From assembly GCA_964035545.1 (NCBI GenBank), contig OZ037771.1, forward strand, positions 1,809,628-1,873,627: DNA of 64,000 nucleotides. Direction: 5' to 3'. The number at the start of each line of letters is the position of its first letter. Within the stretch, counting starts at the first letter, position 1. This document shows, piece by piece, positions 31,905-44,400 of this stretch. The notes under the pieces are model-generated. The model was given only the letters and a program-made list of their open reading frames with translations, was not told where the DNA came from and searched no databases. Source of the DNA: Bugula neritina (lineage: Eukaryota > Animalia > Bryozoa). Position numbers and translations under genes: made by a program.

Positions 31905-34900
31905 ATGACAGAGTGGTGGAGCTCACAGAGAAATCTCATGTCTCAGCCTCATACTAAAGAACACAGAATGCAGAAACCAACCAACATAAAAGTTGACATG
32001 AAGGACCACAGCATGAGACGAGAGGGAAGAGACAACTGTGGAATCTGTGTGCTCTTCACCATCTTTCTCGTCTTTGTCTTCATGTTTGTGATGATCTGCA
32101 TTGGAGTCGTCTACATCCAAAACCTGCAGACAAACATGGTTAACCTGGAGAAGCGAGTCAGAGACTTGGAGAAGCAGTCTTCCAAACAAACAACCTTCAA
32201 GGTAAGTATACAGGTATATTAATTGAGTAATTGCTGTTAATCTAATAAGTATAAGTTATTATAAGACAAATGTTTAAAAAGAAAATATTTGATTTGTGTT
32301 TTTATACCTTTATTCACTAGACTAACAATCGTTAGTTAGGAAACATAGGTATTTTTACATTGTTATAGCCTACTTGCTATTAACCTTAAGAATATCTTTG
32401 TTTTCTAAATAAACACAAGCTAAAGTAGTTTTAGCAATGAGGAAGTAACCCACATGTCTGGGTAGTTATATGAAAGCAACACACTTTGAATGCTATAAGT
32501 TTATGTAGTGTTGAAATAAGTGACTGTCGAACTTGTGATAGTTTTGTTACACAAAAGATATTTCTGTTTATACAGTCTCCTATTATTGAAGACTTTTTCA
32601 ACTTTGCTGCGAAAAACAAATATTTGTTTTAAAAATATAAATGCAACATTACAATATGTGAAAACTTAAAAGTCATAAACTTGTAGAGAGTTTATTATGA
32701 TATGTACGGCATCCTAGTCATTAGGTGACTGGCTGCTGCAGGTTGAAGCTGTGCTCCCAGGGTAGGCCTATTTGTTTGCAGTAGATAGCAGCTAGCATTG
32801 TTGGCATTATCATATTTCTTTTCAGAGTAACCCAATATTTGAACAATGAATTATTGATAACTATTTTGGCAACCTACTCAAAGATTATATAAGCTATTGA
32901 GCATATATTGAGTTACATGAGACAGTCTGGATCAGGTTTAGTGGTTTGCTATGTTTGGCATCTGAAAATTTATAGCACAAGGAAGTAAACATTAAAGTCT
33001 TAATTCATCACAAATGATGGGTCAATACTTACAGATTGAGCTAAGCTGACAGTGTAAAATTTGAGACATGATTGAGTATAAATTAAAAAAAAGCACTCAT
33101 GTTAAGTTCTAAGCTGCTTAATTTTTGTTAGTAAATGAAACTGTCTGCGAGTTTACAGCATCTACAGCTCTGATAAGTTATACAAGGTAGTTGGAAGAGT
33201 GTGCCTATTGCATACAGAGTAATTGATTTGCAAATATTATAGTTGTATAACAGTATAACAATAATTCTCTGGCTTTTGCGACATTTTCGAAAAAGTTTAA
33301 ACTTTAAAGCCTTGACCTCAGCATACTATAAACTTTCTTTTGATCAGAAAATAAATTTTATATTTCCTATAAGTATAGATAAAAAACCTGCAGGATTTAG
33401 TTCCTGGCGTAGTTGTATCACAGGAGCTGTTGACGGCTCATGACTAGTTTCTGTTATTTCAAAATCAGAGTTCAAAATGCAAACGCACCAGGGTCTAGTA
33501 ATTCTTATGTTGCTGCAATTTTTAGTCCTTTAAGTAAACTTCACAAATCAAAAACTGTTCTGTTTAATGTGCTTCAAAATGAATCAATTTTAATTAGAAC
33601 TCAATGGTAAACAAAACATAAGAGAACTTCAAAAGAAGCAGGTTTTTGAGTGAGTTTTTGAGCAAGTGAGCGAGTGAGTGAGTGATAGAGTGGGTTAGTG
33701 AGCTAGTGAGTTAGTGAGTGAGTTAGTGTGAGTGAGTGAGTGAACTACAATAGTTGGCAACCACAGTTAATGATTTACCCAGCAACTGGAGTGCAAGCAG
33801 GAAATTTTAGGTCCTTGGGATTTTAATAGCTGATAAACCTGGGACTTCCCCTTGTTTCTCACAAAAAAAAACCAATATTCTTTTGTTTGCTTGATGAATA
33901 AGTTCAGATTAGCATTGATTTTGCAAACATAGTAGGTCAACATAGGTATAGAATATGTTGCATTATGAAAATGGTCATAACTCTAACAATTCCGGCTAAA
34001 TTAAGCATTTCGAAAACGTGGAAACTTATCTTGAAATTTTCCTGGAAGGGGAGTGTTCATACATTGATAAAGCGTCACAGTTTAATGTACACTTGATAAA
34101 GATTAATACTAGTACTGAGAGCTTTTATTTTTACTGTCCATCTCACTAACAAAAACAAGCGTCAAATAATCTCAACTTATTTCATCCATCTTGGAAGTTA
34201 CAATTTGCATTAATTTAGAATTCGTTTGATTTGGGAGCTTTTAGGTTCTATAGAACCTTTCTGGGTCCTTGTGTCATAATTTTTCTTCAATTTTCAATGG
34301 TAGTGTGCCCACAAATTTGGCTAATTTTTCAGAAAACTGCAGCTATAAAATTAAAAACCACTTGGTGCACACATGGATGGTTTATTTTGGACTAATGTAA
34401 GCCCTCCTGCTAAGATATTGTTATTATGTTTCCTGGCAGAATTGAAAATAATGAGCTATAGTATAACCATAAATAAAAAGCAGTCAACTGTACAACTTTT
34501 AGAAGTTACCCTGGATTTTTTGTCAGCAGCTGCCAGCTAACAGTGTAAACAAAGTTATCAAAAGTAATCAATACAATATAATACATGCATATCCAGCTTG
34601 AATTCAAACAAGGGTTTGTTTTAATAGATATATTACATTCAATTGCAATATTTATTTAACATTTTTAGAGCCAAGACAATAGAGAGGAGAAGGCAACTCT
34701 AAGAATCAAAAGGAACACACATGATCAAGATGACAATGAGGACAACCACACAAGGCTGGAGCACCACGGTTAGTTAATTTGTATTTCCTTTGCTATAAGG
34801 AATAGTGCAAATAATTTCCTAAGAATAGAATTGGTAACATTGCTTTTATCATATATTTAGGCAGATGCTATGCATGGTAGTTAAAAACTGAAAAATTTAG

Positions 34901-37900
34901 AATTAAATAAAGCTTTTATGAGAAGACGTGAAGTAATTCTTTTCTGTGGGGAATCTAGCAAGATGTGAAAAATATTGCATTTCTGAACGCAACACAGTTA
35001 TGCTTGCGAATTTTGATTAATATGGTTTGTAATCATATGTATAGCTGAATGTTTCATTGGGTGCTACAGATGTTTGTCTAGCTACATGCAAAAATTTCAA
35101 CAGACAGTGTCATTGGTCAATGGCTAATTTCTAAACAGTGACCGTGCAACATGTGTGTAAAGGTAAAATGTATCAACCAAAGTTATGGGATCATCACAAA
35201 GTGAAACTTCATGTTTTATCAGGTATACCCACCCACCATGTTGCCTACATCTATGGAGATCCTAAGAGAGTCGGGGTGCCCGCTTCAAATGAAGGTAATA
35301 AGATATTATATTATTATACTATAGGTGTTGTGTTATGATTTAATTCAGAGTATTATATTGCAGTATACCCAGCATGCTGTGTTATCATAATGCAGATATT
35401 TGTCGATATTTTGTGTGGCACCGCAGTAGAGCTGAACTAATAGCAAACAAAAAAAATGAATGTCTCTCTATTGGAAAACCAGTTAAACAAAACTTATTAA
35501 AACTAACTATTGGGAATACAACTCCTAATAATTTACACACATACCTTGTTGGTAAACCTACATGATGATAAAGGCATCAAGCCTATATAGCTTGCCAAAA
35601 ATATATATGACACCCATACCTTACTTTTACACATGAATATGCATTAATATAGTATATATTAGGAGATGCTATGAAACAAGAGTTTGTTGCAGTCACATGA
35701 TTTAAAATACATTTTCACTCAGCTGGACTCTGGTTTCACAAACATTAAACATTAAATATTAAATCGGTAGATTTGGGATTGTAAGTTCTGATGGCAATTC
35801 AATACAATGAAATTGATGGAGAAGACAATAAATTAAAATCAAAAGCTCTGAGAGATGAATGAAAGCTTAGCAAATTAACTGAAATTGTGAAATAAAAATT
35901 GAGTAAATAAAGCTGCAGTACTAACCAGATTATTATTCTATACACACCACCTTCCTACCATTTCGGCAGATTCATCTCATCAGTTTACAAGAGACCTGTC
36001 TGACGAAGCTCAATCGGAATGTGGAAAAAATTATTTTAAAAGAGATGACAACCAAGCATGGTGTCCTGCCACCAGAAGAAAGCGATATGGGCGTTACCAG
36101 ACTAGTAGTGAGTAGTATTATCATTAATGTCTTCATTTATTGATAATTTTAGGTTTGTTTTCTCCTGACGCTCTGTTTAAACCAACTGGTAAAAAAGAAA
36201 ATGGATGTGATGGCACCTTAATGGTTAATAAGAAACCTGGTGCATTTTTTTGTGCAAAGAAAGTTCACGGACAAGCAGACAAAATGTTGTTAACTCGTAA
36301 GCCAGCTTTGAATGTGTTCAAATCATAATTTCTGCGTGAAACTGATTGAACTACCACAATTTTTCAAAAAAAAAGAATTACATGTTTATATTTTGTTATG
36401 TTATACTATTTTATAGCTTTTCTTTATAATTTTTTGTTGCACTTTGCAAATGACTCATTTTAAAGTTAAAAAAATTGCACTTATTGCCTTTCATTCATAA
36501 AGTTAGCATCACACAACATCTTGTTTTATTATTTCGAGATGAGCAAAATCTTCATGGTAAAACAAGGTATTAATCAATTTTTTTGGTTTTTCATTTAGTA
36601 GCTAGATAATATTTTATTACCAAATGTATTAGATTTACAAATACTGTCAATGAAATTCAACGATATTCACATTATTTAGAAAGTTCAAGGTTTTTGTGCA
36701 AAAGCACCAATACCATATAAATATCTAATGATTATAAAATGTATTTAAAATTGTTACCTTTAATACAAAACAGATAATTTTTAAATTAATTTCTTGGGAT
36801 CTCAATTGTTTTAAAAAAGTTAATCCAAATGAAAAAAAGAAATAGATAGTAAGTATCTGTTAAATGATCATCTGTTTAAACTTGCTTATCGTTAGTTCCG
36901 ATTTACGGCTGTTTATACATTTGCAGGTAACAACCACTTTTACAACTACTTTGCAAAAGCTGGGTGGATGAGCAACCACCATCGCTCCCGTGAAAACTAC
37001 GAGCTGCACAGTGATGGGAAAGTTTCAGTCAAGAAAGCTGGACTGTACATTGTACACGCCAGTGTAAGTATATACACTTATTACAAACCTTCAGCCCTAC
37101 TCACATTTTAAATTAGTAGCTGTTTGATTTTTATTGAATGTTATTCTTTTTTAACTTAGTTTTATTTCTTACTCTAAACAAAATGAAAAGCTAAAAGTTT
37201 CTGGAAAGTTTTATTGAACAGGTATTTATCATTTGCTACTTGTGTTAAAAGTTGCCCTAGAAAATGCAAATATGCAAGTGAAATATTGTTTGAAACTAAT
37301 TCTTATTAAATACAGAAAATGTAGCAGAATTAACACCATTGGCAGTTCAGTTAGTATTATTCACAGTATAAATATATTAATTTGTAATTTTTACTATTTC
37401 TTGTAGTTTTTACATTTTAAAGTATAGTATCTTTTGCTTAGCATTGATACTAATTACTGTATGCTATAAACTCAAATGTGTTGTAGACTTGTAAAAGGAT
37501 GCCACTAGTAAAAAATTGTGCTTCTTGAAAACTATTATTATAGTTTTGACAAAAATGTTTTATTAAAAGTCTATTAAAGTACATCAATTAACATAGTTTA
37601 TGCTGAGCATACTATAAAAATTTGTCTATACTTTCATAGTCGATAACTAAATTTTAAATTTTCTTTTTAGATGCACTTCAGTGACTTAAAAAGAGGGGAT
37701 TTGCCACACTACGGAGTATACAAGACTAACCAGCAAGGGGGAAACAAAACTTTAATTAGCAAATGTGTTGTGACAATGTTTGAAGACCCAGAAGACGATA
37801 TACTAGGAGTGTACCCATGTCAAGCGTGGCAGGTGAGGCATACATTGCAAATCTTAATTTCAATGACATTTGCTTATGCAAAATGAGTGGAAAAAACAGT

Positions 37901-38242
37901 CATTACCTTATTACGTAATAGAGCCTGCTTTTTATTGCTAAATATAAAAAATGAAGTACAAGATTAATTTTTAACATTATTATACAGAAAGTTTGATTAT
38001 TAAAACATTGCGAATTCTTAAGCAGTTATTAAATATTCTCAATTGGTATTAATATATTTCAAGCAATTAAATACTTTCCAAGCTAATGAATACTTATTAT
38101 TATTTTGTGAATCTTGTAGCTGGTGCCTCTAGAAAAAGGAGATTTAGTCTACCTACGAATTTCTGGTTATACTTGGTTTAGAGTTGAAAAAGAAACTTTC
38201 CACCTTGCCCTGATACGCCTTAACAAAGAAGAAGTAGAGTAA
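31905..38242 (+). CDS. TNF-superfamily ligand, copy 1 (Eiger/EDA-like type II membrane protein, about 342-354 aa)
   Basis: Exons: 31905-32201 (cytoplasmic tail, TM ICVLFTIFLVFVFMFVMICIGVVYI, coiled coil), 34669-34768 (furin site RIKR), 35223-35294 (HHVAYIYG, strand A-like), 35970-36107 (RRKR), optional 36153-36188, 36927-37063 (GWM...YELHSDGKVSVKKAGLYIVHAS, the TNF-homology B'-B-C signature), 37671-37832 (two Cys), 38120-38242 (LVPLEKGDLVYL...ETFHLALIRL, strands F/G/H). All GT-AG, frame continuous, stop TAA. Confidence 0.88.
33645..33741. repeat. (GTGA)n-type microsatellite in TNF intron 1 (paralog 50773-50860)
   Basis: GAGT/GTTA tetramer arrays. Confidence 0.8.
33841..33850 (+). promoter_or_regulatory. 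NF-kB-like site GGGACTTCCC in intron 1 of TNF copy 1
   Basis: Fits GGGRNYYYCC; identical at the paralogous position in copy 2 (50956-50965). Confidence 0.55.
34039..34047. promoter_or_regulatory. STAT/GAS-like site TTCCTGGAA in intron 1 of TNF copy 1
   Basis: Fits TTCNNNGAA, about 190 bp from the kB site; identical in copy 2 (51147-51155). Confidence 0.5.
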
Positions 38243-38257
38243 AAATGTAGTAGAACA

Positions 38258-38440
38258 AACCTAGCAACTAGGCTAGCAACCAGCCTAACAATAAACATGG
38301 CAACCAGCCTAGCAACCAACCTTACAATAAACATTGCAACCTACCTATAGCAACAAGCATAGCAACTGACCTAGCAACCAGCCAAGCAACAAGCATAGCA
38401 ACTGACCTAGCAACCAGCCAAGCAACAAGCATAGCAACTG
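38258..38440 (+). repeat. 11-12-bp TAGCAAC-core tandem repeat in the TNF 3' UTR (paralog 55196-55298)
   Basis: Repeated CCTAGCAACCAG/CATAGCAACTGA units right after the stop codon. Confidence 0.85.
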
Positions 38441-40882
38441 TTAAAAGTTAGAAAAGCATATCTAAGCAGCTTTTAAGTTGGTATCTCTTGTAGCTTTGCA
38501 AAAATAGAAAATAAAGCACAATAAGTTCAAGCTGCTTTTATAAGTTTGAATGTTCAAGTTGCATATCTAACCTTTTTGAGTGTACATTTTAGTAAAGTGA
38601 GACAATTGTTTCATCTTTGCTACTGTATGTACAATTTATTTTGTTTTATATTTTTGCTGTAAAATAATATTGTTTCATATATTTATATATTTGTATATAA
38701 CCATGCATACAGCTTTCTCTATAATTTGATAGTATTTGATATTTTCTTGGAAATCCCGGTACATAAAATTACATATTTTATATAATATACTATCTCACTA
38801 TATTTTTAGTCATATATACATATATTATTGATTTACTTAAATATAAGCTTGTGTCATTTACAGAATAATTTCAACAACGAAATTATGTTACTGTGAGCCG
38901 TTTTTTCTGAAAATGCAAATATTCTGAAATTCTCTATAAAAATAAATGTATTAAATTGTTTTTGAATTTTCTTGCTAATGAAAACACTTTTACAGAAATA
39001 TTTAATGACTATTCTGATTAAATTAGTTTCATGCATTTAGCAAAGTGCTTTTTGTATTTAAACAAAGATATTGTAGTTGTATTATTTTACAAATGCAGTG
39101 TTGATTGATCTATAATTAAGGTGGGTTACCTACTACTAATTGGAAGTGACAAATTATCAAAACTTTCTAATTTAAGTGTTTTAGATTTTAATAATTTGAT
39201 GCATTACAATACTTTGCTTAGAAAAGAAAGTTGTAATTTTGCAATAATAAATCAATATCAGTTCAAGTTTGAAGGATAATTAAAAAAAGCATAGGTGTGT
39301 TTTTAACTAAGTTATTGATATTTCTATAACCAATATTTAATGTCTTTACAGCTCTTTATTAAACTTGCTTCTAATAAAATAGTACACTTGCTCTATATAA
39401 AAAGATTACAGAAAATTTGCTTTAACATTCACGTCAAGTTATATATTTGATAATATTGTGCATATTTAAAAATAGTCCTTACAAAAACAGAGATATTAAA
39501 ACAAATTCTAAGAATTATGACCAGATAAGAAAATCAATCAAATGGAAAAATTTGCTTATAATTTTATATTCGGCTGCAACAATTTTCCATCTGAGGTTTC
39601 TTTCAAAGATACCATTGTTTGATTTAATAGTAGGTTTGAACAGCTACTTTTACAACTGTCTTGAACCAATTTATTAGAAAGTAAAATAACATAGGAAGTA
39701 ACAGGCTAACCTTTTGGTTATAATAACTGATTTGGTACAATACTTCCCATAGTGGGATGGTTGGCAGAGATTAGAAGTTAGGGGCCTGTGGTTAGCATAC
39801 CAGTGGAGGCCAAAATAAAGAGAAACAACATTGAGTAATATAAAAATGTACACCAGGCTGTAAAACAACATTATTCAGATACCAATATATTATGTCACCA
39901 TTTATGAGCATCTAAGGAATATTTAGTTTAAAGCTATATATTTGTTTGTTAAAAAAGCAAAATACATATTTTCAAAATATTCTTCTTCAGACACAGCTAT
40001 AATATAAAATAATTCAACTTAAAGGCTGAGGAAAATTGTACTAATACCATAGACTCAATAATAGCTGTAAGCTTGCAGTGTAATTAAATGATTGTAAGCT
40101 GTAAATTACCTGAATGTAAAGATGAAACTATTGTGTAGATAGCTAAGGGATTAGGTAAGAGTTCTTGGAACAGCTAAAACTTGTAAACTGGGCTGTCATT
40201 TTCAGACCAGAATTGGTGCCAGCAAGTTGGTAATTCTTATATATTAGCTCAGCTCACTTAACTGCTACAGTTTCAAGAAACTCATTGTGATAAACTTACT
40301 TATAACTACTAGTCCAGTCACTGAATTTCTGTTTTGTCAAGGTTGGTAAAGTTTACCTTAACTTGTTTAATATATCTTAAAAAAATAAAACTACACAGAG
40401 TTGATATAAGTACATTTTATATTGAGAGCAATTTGAAAATAACGTAGGGGGGAGTTTTTTAAATAAGTTTTCTAACTGTATATAATAAACATAAAATTTG
40501 TTGCTTTTGTTATTAATTAAATATGTAAATAATTAGTACTGATTCGTAAGCAATATTAAATTAAAAAAAACTAATGTCAACGTGGTGAAATATTAGAATA
40601 ATGAAAAATTAACTTGTTCGTGTAAAGCTGGAATTTTGTTTGTGTATGGAAGCCATGTTTGAATCAGTTACAGACTGTAAAATCTACTTTCATTATAAAC
40701 ACCTTTATTTCAGTAATTTTTCAGATAGTTTTTCTGAAGTATATATTATTCTGCTTGAGTTTTGACGTCAATTAACTTTAAATTCTGTTTTAAGAATAAG
40801 CAAGCATAGTATACACATCTGATGGATAAAGGTATCGTATTTAATTTATTGTACTCTATTTTTACAGATATATATTGAAATC

Positions 40883-41284
40883 ATGAGAACTCCACCTAGA
40901 CAGAGAGCAGACAACTCTTGTCCCTGTATCAAGCAGAAAATAAAAGATAAAAGACAAACAATATTGGATATTGGCTCAGAGAGAATACATAAACTAAATG
41001 CTAAAGACAGAAATCTCCATAAAAGGCTGGTAGTACTCAAAGCCCTAAAACTAGTGAACCGTCTGCCAGCAAAAACCTTCCAAAAGCAACTGTTGGCTGT
41101 TTGCCCGGAGGTGGGGGTGTGCTTTCACACTGGCAAGAACCCCCCTCTACCAGAAATCAGAGAAGCACCAGCTATTGAGACTAATACTACCGCAGCTGAA
41201 GAGTCAGTTTTAGATATATTTGTTGATGACGACACAGTAGCTTCTGTCCTTGAAGACTTTGATGAGTTCTCAGAAAGTTATTAG
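40883..41284 (+). CDS. SERTA/IER-like Cys/His-framed protein, subtype A copy 1 (133 aa)
   Basis: Single coding exon with a TTTACAG acceptor just upstream of the ATG. RQTILDIGSERIHKLNAKDRNLHKRLVVLKALKLV resembles the SERTA/IER helical hairpin; acidic C-terminus; three near-identical open copies in the window. Confidence 0.75.
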   Translation: MRTPPRQRADNSCPCIKQKIKDKRQTILDIGSERIHKLNAKDRNLHKRLVVLKALKLVNRLPAKTFQKQLLAVCPEVGVCFHTGKNPPLPEIREAPAIETNTTAAEESVLDIFVDDDTVASVLEDFDEFSESY

Positions 41285-42093
41285 TGATAGTTGACTATCT
41301 TAATCAGATAAAGGAGTTGTGCTCTTCTGTACATATAATATGATACAATAGATTTATACTTAATTATTGTCTCCTCCTGTTCCAACTACAGATGAGCTCT
41401 TATTTATGCTGCTTTTATGTATGACTACATACACTGTGTTTCTTTTACTAATAAATGAATATAAATATTCATAAATGTTTAATAAACACTTTATACTTGA
41501 TGGGCAGGTGCTTAACTAAAAGAAGCTAATGCTAGTATATATGCAAAACAATTTCACTTATATAACTAATCACTATTTTTTCATATATATAGATGAAGAA
41601 ACTGTATGTTCAGAGTATTTTTTGCAAGGTTGAAGTGCCAGCTTACCATCTTATAGTATTTCAAATAAATAATAACTTTAAAATAACTCTTTTATGTTAA
41701 TATATTCAGTTATACTAATTACTATTATAGGCTTTAAACCTGTTCATTAGCATTCTAAATCCTTATTCTACTAGAAATGGGAAATTATAGCCTGACTGCT
41801 AATGATAAGAAAGAAAAAGTGACTAAATTTTACAAATGAATTTATTCTCAAAGTGAACAGAGCCATCTGTTAAATACAATTTATATTTTCTAGCATATAA
41901 AAGACTGCACCTCTACATACATATACCAGTTACATATTATATGAATAGAATCTCCTCAAAACACAAGACTAGGACAGCACGCATAAAAACATTTAGAAAG
42001 AAATGGAAATGGAATTTGTAGATTAAAGTTTAGTTAGAGGCTAATGTTGTGAAGAGTTGAATCTTTCTGCATATGTTAGCTCAGACTAGTGGC

Positions 42094-42636
42094 TCACTGA
42101 TTAATTAAATAGTCTAACATAGACATTATGGCTTCATCACTTTCAGGATCATCATGTAAAGGTGTGTGAGTTGTCTCCCCAGTACTGGGTGTAGAATCAC
42201 CAACATTACTCGCATTCCCTGCAGTATTTGGTTGGTTATTAGCATGTCCATTGAGGTCATGACCTTCAAGATGGTCACTGTGCACAACCTGACTTCCACT
42301 TTGACCCTCTTGTCTTTCTAGCTCTTCATTTTGGCCATCTTGTACTCTACTTCCTTCACCATTGTTTGAAGAATTTGAAGGAAGGACATGGGAACACAAT
42401 CCTTCTTCTGGACACATTTTCAAAAACTGCTTTCTAAAGCGAGATTTGGACAAAAAGTGAATCCTGCAGAGGGTGTTACGAAGAGCCAATTGCTTTTGCA
42501 AGTTTTTATCTTTTGCTTTGAGCTCTTCAAGATTCTCCACTCCTAGTTCAAACCATTGTTTTCGTCTTTTCTCTACCTTCCTCTTGATGCAAAAACAAGA
42601 GCGATTGCCTCTGTTTCTTCTAATGGTGACTCTCAT
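42094..42636 (-). CDS. SERTA/IER-like protein, subtype B copy 1 (180 aa)
   Basis: RKQWFELGVENLEELKAKDKNLQKQLALRNTLCRI carries a SERTA-like L..NTL.RI motif; CFC...CPEEGLCSH; disordered linker and acidic terminal helix DEAIMSMLDYLINQ. Confidence 0.78.
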   Translation of the reverse strand: MRVTIRRNRGNRSCFCIKRKVEKRRKQWFELGVENLEELKAKDKNLQKQLALRNTLCRIHFLSKSRFRKQFLKMCPEEGLCSHVLPSNSSNNGEGSRVQDGQNEELERQEGQSGSQVVHSDHLEGHDLNGHANNQPNTAGNASNVGDSTPSTGETTHTPLHDDPESDEAIMSMLDYLINQ

Positions 42637-42692
42637 TTTTTACCTATGAAATAATTTATCTTTTAGGTTTGAGGTTTTTTACTGCTTCGATC

Positions 42693-42785
42693 TGTGTGTA
42701 TGTGTGTGTATGTGTGTGTATGTGTGTGTATGTGTGTGTATGTGTGTGTATGTGTGTGTATGTGTGTGTATGTGTGTGTGTGTGT
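42693..42785. repeat. (TGTGTGTGTA)n microsatellite upstream of B1
   Basis: 10-bp unit array. Confidence 0.95.
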
Positions 42786-44258
42786 CATAGTCTAAACAGC
42801 ACCAATTAAATTATAGTGCAATTAATTTATGTATTGTGAGAATGAAATCTAGGCTAGCATGGTCAAATCCAAAGTAGGTACAGAAATGTACTCAGCTGGT
42901 GTGTTTGACTTGTAAAATGAGACTCAACTATAACTTCAAACATGAGAATATTCTCACATCAGAATGAAATAATTTTGTTAAACAATACACTTTGCACTGT
43001 TTTGCCAGTAGTTGTTTGAAAAATCATCTTGTTTTGTATCTGGAAAACTTATAAACAAAGCCAACTTTAAAATCAATGAATTTTAAAATAGAATTAAAAT
43101 TTAAACTACTTTTATAGTCAGTGTTTTAAATCTTTCTTTTCAAAAACTTGTATAGTTTGTAGTACTCTTACCTTGTTAGAAGAACTCCCTGTATTCAATC
43201 AGTTACACTGTTTTATATTCAAATTGAGTTCTTTTTACCAACTCTTATTGAGTATTTTCTGTATTTCAGATCTGTTAGAGAGTGGAAACACAACCTGCTT
43301 CTACCAAAACGTAAATAGAAATGGTGATGGTGGCAAAGCTCTGATAATCTTTTGGCTTTATTAGTAGTTGCAGCTTTCTATTGTGTTTATTCAAATAGGC
43401 ATTCATAAAATAGCTTTTTCTCCTGTAATTAAAATAATATGCAGAGTTGTAATGAACATATTATAGAATTGTAATATAATTTTATCTATTGTAAGCATAT
43501 TTTTTTTCAACTTTATTGTCCTGATTGATATTAAATTACTGTGAGAAGACATATTGCAACTATCCATGCTACCATCTAATCTTTAACATTACAAATTATT
43601 TTTTAGATCCATTTTAAAAAAAATATCTCCCACCATTTTTCTAATTCAATTATTACAGTAAAAGAGTACTTCAACCATAAAAACTATAAGTAACTTTTAT
43701 AAGAAAAATAGTGTTTGGTAAATAAATATTGCTTGACGGTATTTAAACTAAAATCCAAATGATCTAAACAATTGTTTAACAAACATTTATGAATATCTTC
43801 AATGAAATAATAAGCTATTTAGAATGAGAAATTTTTGTTAAATGTAGCCATAGGAAAACAATTATGTAAATTAATTAATAGCCAATTAAGAGCTATATCA
43901 GCTATAGTGTGCCCATATCAGCTATAGTGTGCCCTCAATTAATTGTCTGTTTATGCAACAGAAATGTTTCCAGAATAGAGAATGAAACTCTCAACACAAT
44001 AATTTTTGATGTGAGTACATTTTAAATTAACAGTTGTTTAAATAGAATTGAGGTATATTTTCTTGGAAAAATATTTTCAACACATAAACATAAACATAAA
44101 AGTTGTTGCAAAGGGACAAACTTTGTTACTAAATATATGTAAATTAATAGTACTGCATAATGACATAAGAAATGTGAAAAAAATTATATAATGTCAAAAT
44201 AGTGAGAAAATTCAATAATTAAAAAGTTTCAGTCAAGCCTCAGAACTTTGAAAGCCAT

Positions 44259-44400
44259 GTTTCAATTAGTAGACTTTAGAAAGAATAGGTTGGAAACAGA
44301 GGTGTAGAGTTTTGGTTGCCTTTAGTTTATAAACTAAAAGCAACCAAAACTCTACACCTCTGTGTCCAACCTATTCTTTCTAAAGTCTACTGATTCCAAC
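44259..44400. repeat. 142-bp spacerless near-perfect palindrome
   Basis: Arms are symmetric about GTTTA|TAAAC (centre 44329/44330) with only a few mismatches. Confidence 0.92.
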
